Shown here: piece after piece, positions 59,171 through 64,000 of the stretch
How positions within the stretch are numbered: position 1 is the stretch's first letter
Layout of the letters: every line of letters starts with the position of its first letter
Assembly (NCBI GenBank): GCA_045863335.1
Contig: BTVY01000014.1
Span: 1 to 64,000, forward strand
Direction of reading: 5' to 3'
Origin: Candidatus Hydrogenedentota bacterium
GTDB taxonomy: Bacteria > Hydrogenedentota > Hydrogenedentia > Hydrogenedentales > SLHB01
DNA: 64,000 nt
The notes under the pieces: generated by a model
Told to the model about the DNA's origin: nothing
Databases searched by the model: none
What the model saw: only the letters and a program-made list of their open reading frames with translations
Translations under genes and position numbers: made by a program

Positions 59171-59938
59171 ATGAGTGAGCACGAAAGCAAACCGGCGGAT
59201 GCGGCCCGCTCGGCGCGCTCGAAATGGCTCTTCGCTGTCGTGGGCGCGCTCGTTGTAGCTGTCGCGATTCAAAGCATCTATCTGTGGCAAATGCATGATC
59301 GCCTGGAGAAAGCGGTCGCGGCCCACACCGACGCAGACGATAACGAGGGTTGGATAGAAATCCCCCGTCCGGACTCGCTGGACCGGAATCGTCCCGGCCC
59401 TTCGCAGTCCAGGGCAACGCCACCGGGTACCCTGTCTTTTGGTAGGCCAGACCCGTTCCTACAACCCTTTGACCCGAAAACATGGGACCCATTCCGAGAA
59501 ATGGATCGCATGCGATCCGAAATGGACCGGATCTTTAACGAGGCCTTCGGGCGATTCCACACTAGTCCCCGATTTGGTAGTCTCGCCGGTCAGAATACGT
59601 ACAGCCCCAGCTTCGATCTTTCCGACGAACCGGACCGCTACGTGGTGAAGGTTGATGTGCCGGGCGCCAGCGAACACGACATCACGGTGACCTTGGAGGG
59701 TCAAGACCTCACGATCAGCGGAACGCGCACCGACACACGATCTCAACAAGAAGACGGCAAACTGCTGCGACAGGAACGCGTCACGGGTCAGTTTCATCGT
59801 ACGCTGACGCTGCCAGAGCCGGTGGACGACACCCAAATGAAGACCACCTATGAAGACGGCGTATTCACGGTAACGTTGCCCAAACTGAAAGCGCCTCATG
59901 GATCCATCGATCCCAGCAAGAGCGTTCGTATGAAGTAG
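59171..59938 (+). CDS. Hsp20/alpha-crystallin protein with N-terminal TM segment
   Basis: AGGAGG RBS; TM helix; WDPFREMDRM, DVPG, GQFHRTLTLPEPVD, YEDGVFTVTLPK. Confidence 0.88.
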   Translation: MSEHESKPADAARSARSKWLFAVVGALVVAVAIQSIYLWQMHDRLEKAVAAHTDADDNEGWIEIPRPDSLDRNRPGPSQSRATPPGTLSFGRPDPFLQPFDPKTWDPFREMDRMRSEMDRIFNEAFGRFHTSPRFGSLAGQNTYSPSFDLSDEPDRYVVKVDVPGASEHDITVTLEGQDLTISGTRTDTRSQQEDGKLLRQERVTGQFHRTLTLPEPVDDTQMKTTYEDGVFTVTLPKLKAPHGSIDPSKSVRMK

Positions 59939-60296
59939 TCCAAATATTCGCGCAAGAGAGCGTAAAGCCGCAAAAGGTGTCCCGCGCAGTTCGCGCAGGG
60001 CGCTTTTTGCGTTTTTGGCCGCGCCGTGCCGATATGGAGGTAGAATGCAACGGCACGAGACGGTCCGAATCCAGGTGGCAAACGCGTTCTCAGAATAGTG
60101 CACCATCAGCCACAAGAACGCGTCCGTACCGTTCACCGCAAACCGACGAGAAGGGAGGTTTTCGTTCGGAGTGGAACAGCCCGGTTCTGAAGGCGCTCAA
60201 TGAATTCCCTACCGTAACCTTTCGAGGCAATCGATGAGCGCGGCACTGACGTACTTGTCGTCGCTCATGGCGGGATAACTCTCTGAAGGCCATGCG

Positions 60297-62084
60297 CTAC
60301 GTTAGCGGGACCAAGGTCCGGAAAAGGTTCCGAATGTCCGCGTTCTCTTCTGTCTGACAAAGCCGCTCCAGCCCGGCGCAAACGCCGTCGTGCGAGGTGG
60401 CGAGCAGGCGCTCTCCAATATCTCGATAAAGACTGCCTGTAATCAACTCACTCGCGAAGGTGAGAACACAGTCATCGATTCGTTCGCGCAGTGACGCGCG
60501 GCCGCGAGCGGTTGGACAGGCATACGCCTTGCCGGCCATGTGGGTTGCATTGCGCAATGCGTTCTTCGTGGACCCGACTTTGCGCAACGCTTCCAGCGCC
60601 ATGAGTCCCACCAACAGCGGACTGCGCCGGAGTCCCTCCGGCGGTACGATATTCATTTCGCTGTGGTCTGCGATGCACAATGCGGACAGGTACTCCATGG
60701 AACCCGGCTTCCCATATAGCAGCGTTCCTGCTTCGTGGCATTCCTCAAAAGCCCGGGCTCCGGGTTGTGCACTAAAGCAGCCGGCCATCAGGCTGATGTG
60801 ATTGTCGATGCAGAACTGTGCGACTTCACAACCCGTATTGGAGTCGATGGAGTCAAAACGATCATACGGCAGGCCGAATATGAATGAACCCTGGATGGAG
60901 ATGCCGAAACGCTGTATCTTTCGAATCTGGCGGGCGTAGTATTCGGGAACCGATAGACCGCTTTCTTCGATCTCGAATCGGCAGTGTTTGTTTATGTGCT
61001 CCAAGTTCTCCATGTTCAGGCTTTCAAAACCGATTTCGAACAGGAGCGCGCCGGCCAGCCGCAGCCGCTCCAGCAGTTTTTCGTTCGACGCAACTTCGAT
61101 GGAGATCTGCGCCATGAACGGCGCGCGTAACTTCCGCTCGATGATCTTGTCCAACATCTCATCCAGCGCCTCGCCGCCCAGAAGCAGGTTATCCGTCGTA
61201 AACAGGAATACGGGATAAGCGACCGAGTCCGCTTTTCGATCATATGACGCGAGTTCGGCTAGAAAGTCGTCCGGTGTACGTGTGCAGAGCCGTCGTTGAT
61301 TGATCGGCATGGAGGAGATGGAGCAGAAGCTGCAGTTGTAGGGACAGCCGAGCAGCGGTGCGACTGGATTGACTCGAATCTTATTGGCGAGATAACGCCC
61401 CAGGAACGGGACTTTGCCGCGTGTCTGCATGCAGATAGGCGGCAATGGTTCCACGTTGCGCCGCTCTTTCCACACGCCATCCTCGATTGTGGTTTGTCCC
61501 GTGTACTCCCGTTTCAACACGCCCTGTTCCAAGTCACGCAGAATAGCGCCCATTACGTTCGAGTCGGCCGGACCGCGTGCCGTTACGACCAGTTCCGGAT
61601 GGGGGCAATGCTTTCGGATGAAGACGTCTGCGTCCCCTGTCGCGGTTGAAACGTGAATCCCCCCCAGCACGACGGGAATGCGGGCATAATTCAGAACGAT
61701 GGTTGCGGCTACGGCGACGGGAAAGTTGGAGCTGATCGACGTAACGAATACCGCGTCCGGTGTCGATCCTTGACGCTTGATGATGGCGTCTATGCCCCGT
61801 CGACTGTCATCGGCTTGTATTACTTTCGCTTCGGCGGCCAGTTTTGCGATCTGGTTCCCGACGTAGATTGCCGCCCCGTTCTCCAGACCGAAGGTATCCA
61901 CCATGGTTTGCCGGCGCTTACTTAAGTCAAAGCGCAGAAAATCAAGGTAGTTTCCTTCATCAAGGCCGGCAGCGTCACGACCCGTAAGATAGGATATGAG
62001 ATCTAGTGGCGATTCGCACCTGGACCCTTCGCCGCTCATGAAATCAAACGTCGCCGGGTTGTAGACGATAAAGTACCTGTGCAT
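60297..62084 (-). CDS. B12-binding-type radical SAM protein
   Basis: VVLGGIHVS, GCPYNCSFC (CxxxCxxC), DN, IGFES, GSFIFGLPYD. Confidence 0.85.
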   Translation of the reverse strand: MHRYFIVYNPATFDFMSGEGSRCESPLDLISYLTGRDAAGLDEGNYLDFLRFDLSKRRQTMVDTFGLENGAAIYVGNQIAKLAAEAKVIQADDSRRGIDAIIKRQGSTPDAVFVTSISSNFPVAVAATIVLNYARIPVVLGGIHVSTATGDADVFIRKHCPHPELVVTARGPADSNVMGAILRDLEQGVLKREYTGQTTIEDGVWKERRNVEPLPPICMQTRGKVPFLGRYLANKIRVNPVAPLLGCPYNCSFCSISSMPINQRRLCTRTPDDFLAELASYDRKADSVAYPVFLFTTDNLLLGGEALDEMLDKIIERKLRAPFMAQISIEVASNEKLLERLRLAGALLFEIGFESLNMENLEHINKHCRFEIEESGLSVPEYYARQIRKIQRFGISIQGSFIFGLPYDRFDSIDSNTGCEVAQFCIDNHISLMAGCFSAQPGARAFEECHEAGTLLYGKPGSMEYLSALCIADHSEMNIVPPEGLRRSPLLVGLMALEALRKVGSTKNALRNATHMAGKAYACPTARGRASLRERIDDCVLTFASELITGSLYRDIGERLLATSHDGVCAGLERLCQTEENADIRNLFRTLVPLT

Positions 62085-62561
62085 TGGCAGTTGCTCCCAG
62101 TGTCAGCTACCGCGGAAATTCCACGTGGAATGCTTCGATTACATCCGCCATCCGCTTCTTCATGCACGAGGCACAAAACGCTCGAACCGTGGCCCAGTCG
62201 CATCAGCGCAACCAGACTCTCGGACGACGAGTCTGTAAAGGTAAGAGAAGGAAAACCGGACGTAAGTTACATGACGGGTGCTGTTGGGGGTCTTCGCACT
62301 GGCCAGGGACCAAAGAACGCGGCCCGGTATCGATGTAAACTATTCAAATCAAAAGCGTTACGGGTTGGCGCGCACGGGCGGATGAAAAGCCACGAAATGC
62401 AGCTGAACTCCCGGTCGTCGTGACAAAAAACCGTCGTCTTGCTGTATAGTGGATACGGGGTCACTGCGAGTATCTGGACTGGATTTGTAGTCGGGGGAGC
62501 TTGGCTCTCAGTTTCTGATACTCGAGTTGGTTGCGGCTGGTCGAAAGGGGGATGGGCCGTC

Positions 62562-63275
62562 GTGCCGGGCACTTTCAAGACAACTTCCTGGACCGTGGTC
62601 TTGACCGCAAAGCAGGAAGATGATCTTGCTTCGCGAGATGCGCTCCAATCCTTGTGCGAATCATACTGGCCGCCTCTGTACTCCTATGTCCGGCACAGGG
62701 GTTATTCCATTGAAAGTGCTAAAGACTTGACGCAGGAATTCTTCGCGACGCTACTTGCCAAGAATTACCTGCATGATGTCGAACCGGCCAAGGGGCGTTT
62801 CCGATCGTTCTTGCTGGTTGCGCTGAACCACTTCCTTGCCAATGAGCATGACCGGAACCAGACATTGAAACGCGGGGGAGGGCAGATCCGATTGTCGCTG
62901 GATGTGTTGGAAGCCGAGCGACGCTACATCCTGGGACCACCCCACATGCTGAGTGCCGAGGCCATCTTCGATGCCGAATGGGCGCGCACGATAATCCAAC
63001 TGGCCCTCACGCGACTGGAGGCGGAGTACGGGGACCAGGGGAAATCGCGATTGTTTGATACGCTCCGAAGTTGTTTGTCCGGCGCCAGATCCGACCGTTC
63101 GTACCAGGAATTGGCGGATACCTTGGGTATTACCATGGGTGCAGTAAAGGTAGCGGTACATCGATTACGCAAGCGGTACGGCATCCTGTTGCGCGACGAA
63201 GTGGCCAAGACGTTGGAACGTCCTGAAAACATTGAAGAGGAGTTGAGATACCTCGCCGCGGCCGCAGGACTTTGA
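62562..63275 (+). CDS. ECF RNA polymerase sigma factor
   Basis: FKTTSWTVV N-terminus, YWPPLYSYV, DLTQEFF, GRFRSFL, region 4 YQELA..LG...GAVKVAVHRLRKRY. Confidence 0.88.
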   Translation: MPGTFKTTSWTVVLTAKQEDDLASRDALQSLCESYWPPLYSYVRHRGYSIESAKDLTQEFFATLLAKNYLHDVEPAKGRFRSFLLVALNHFLANEHDRNQTLKRGGGQIRLSLDVLEAERRYILGPPHMLSAEAIFDAEWARTIIQLALTRLEAEYGDQGKSRLFDTLRSCLSGARSDRSYQELADTLGITMGAVKVAVHRLRKRYGILLRDEVAKTLERPENIEEELRYLAAAAGL

Positions 63276-63356
63276 ACTGGGCTGCCGGTTTCCTGAATGC
63301 GCGCGGTGGATTTCAGACCCGAGGTGGATACCCGGCGAAGAGATGGATTCCTTTGT

Positions 63357-64000
63357 ATGCACCCCATCGAATACTGCACCGAATGCCAGGCGACAATACC
63401 ACCCTACGCCCCGGGAGGTCTTTGCCTCAGATGCATGATTCAGCATGGCCTCGATGAAACCGTGTCCGCGCCACGCGATACGACTCGCAACGCCCCCACG
63501 GAAGATTGTACGAATCACTCAGTACTTACGCCGGGCACGTACCTTGGCGCGTTCTGCATTGCCGGCCATCTTGGGGCCGGTGGTCAGGGCAGCGTGTATC
63601 GCGCATATGACTCCAAGCTGGGACGGTACGTTGCGCTGAAGATCCTCCGTGCCGACCTTTTGAGCGAACCAGAGTGTCTTGCCCGATTTGAACGTGAGGC
63701 CCGGACCCTCGCATCGTTGAACCACCCCAAAATCGCCGCCCTCTATGAACTGCGCGAGGAGGGCCAACACCGATTCCTCGTCCTTGAACTGGTCGAAGGG
63801 CAAACCCTCTCGGAGCGCCTGGCCGATGGCCGGTTCCAGATGGCCGAAGTGCTTGACATCGGCATTCAAATCGCCGAAGCACTTGAGGCGGCGCACAAGC
63901 GCGGGGTCATTCATCGGGATCTGAAGCCATCCAACATCATGTTGACGCCCGAAGGAGACGTGAAAGTTCTGGATTTCGGAATTGCGAAGGCAATGGATGC
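63357..64000 (+). CDS. Hanks-type Ser/Thr protein kinase with N-terminal CxxC..CxxC (runs off the window; not in the ORF track)
   Basis: Translated by hand: MHPIEYCTECQ..GLCLRC, GAGGQGSVY, VALK, RFEREAR, HRDLKPSN, KVLDFGIAK. Confidence 0.9.
   Translation, partial: MHPIEYCTECQATIPPYAPGGLCLRCMIQHGLDETVSAPRDTTRNAPTEDCTNHSVLTPGTYLGAFCIAGHLGAGGQGSVYRAYDSKLGRYVALKILRADLLSEPECLARFEREARTLASLNHPKIAALYELREEGQHRFLVLELVEGQTLSERLADGRFQMAEVLDIGIQIAEALEAAHKRGVIHRDLKPSNIMLTPEGDVKVLDFGIAKAMD

Overview
GC-rich bacterial chromosomal window. The gene content (Tat-exported Gfo/Idh/MocA oxidoreductases, DUF1080, ThuA, SSS transporters, deltaproteobacterial-style pil genes, ECF sigma plus Ser/Thr kinase) would fit a PVC-like or Ca. 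Hydrogenedentes-like organism, but that is inference only. Most of it is housekeeping or carbohydrate metabolism: PBP1A, zwf/pgl, typA, a DEAD-box helicase, two PPIases, a GH63-like glucosidase and an AGE epimerase. I recognised no rRNA, tRNA, CRISPR array or transposase. Two things stand out. (1) Three tandem 44-52 aa peptide genes at 128-648, two of them absent from the ORF track. They share a basic leader ending S-x-x-[FL]-P-x-x-A and a C-x10-C-E core, each has its own RBS, and a terminator closes the array; this is a candidate undescribed peptide or RiPP-like family. (2) A 775 aa protein that fuses a c-di-GMP-binding MshEN/T2SSE_N module to an intact DnaA-type AAA+ domain with no DNA-binding domain IV, encoded as the first gene of a pilB-pilT-pilS-pilR operon. 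Other points of interest: a C39-like peptidase/RimK-type ATP-grasp/GCS2 ligase trio, a probably non-catalytic Gfo/Idh/MocA paralogue, a probably leaderless toxin-antitoxin operon with its operator, orphan antitoxins, an operator-controlled 64 aa orphan protein, two sigma54 promoters, and a recurrent 27 bp intergenic dyad motif. Starts were adjusted by hand from RBS position and family-typical N-termini; no database searches were run.
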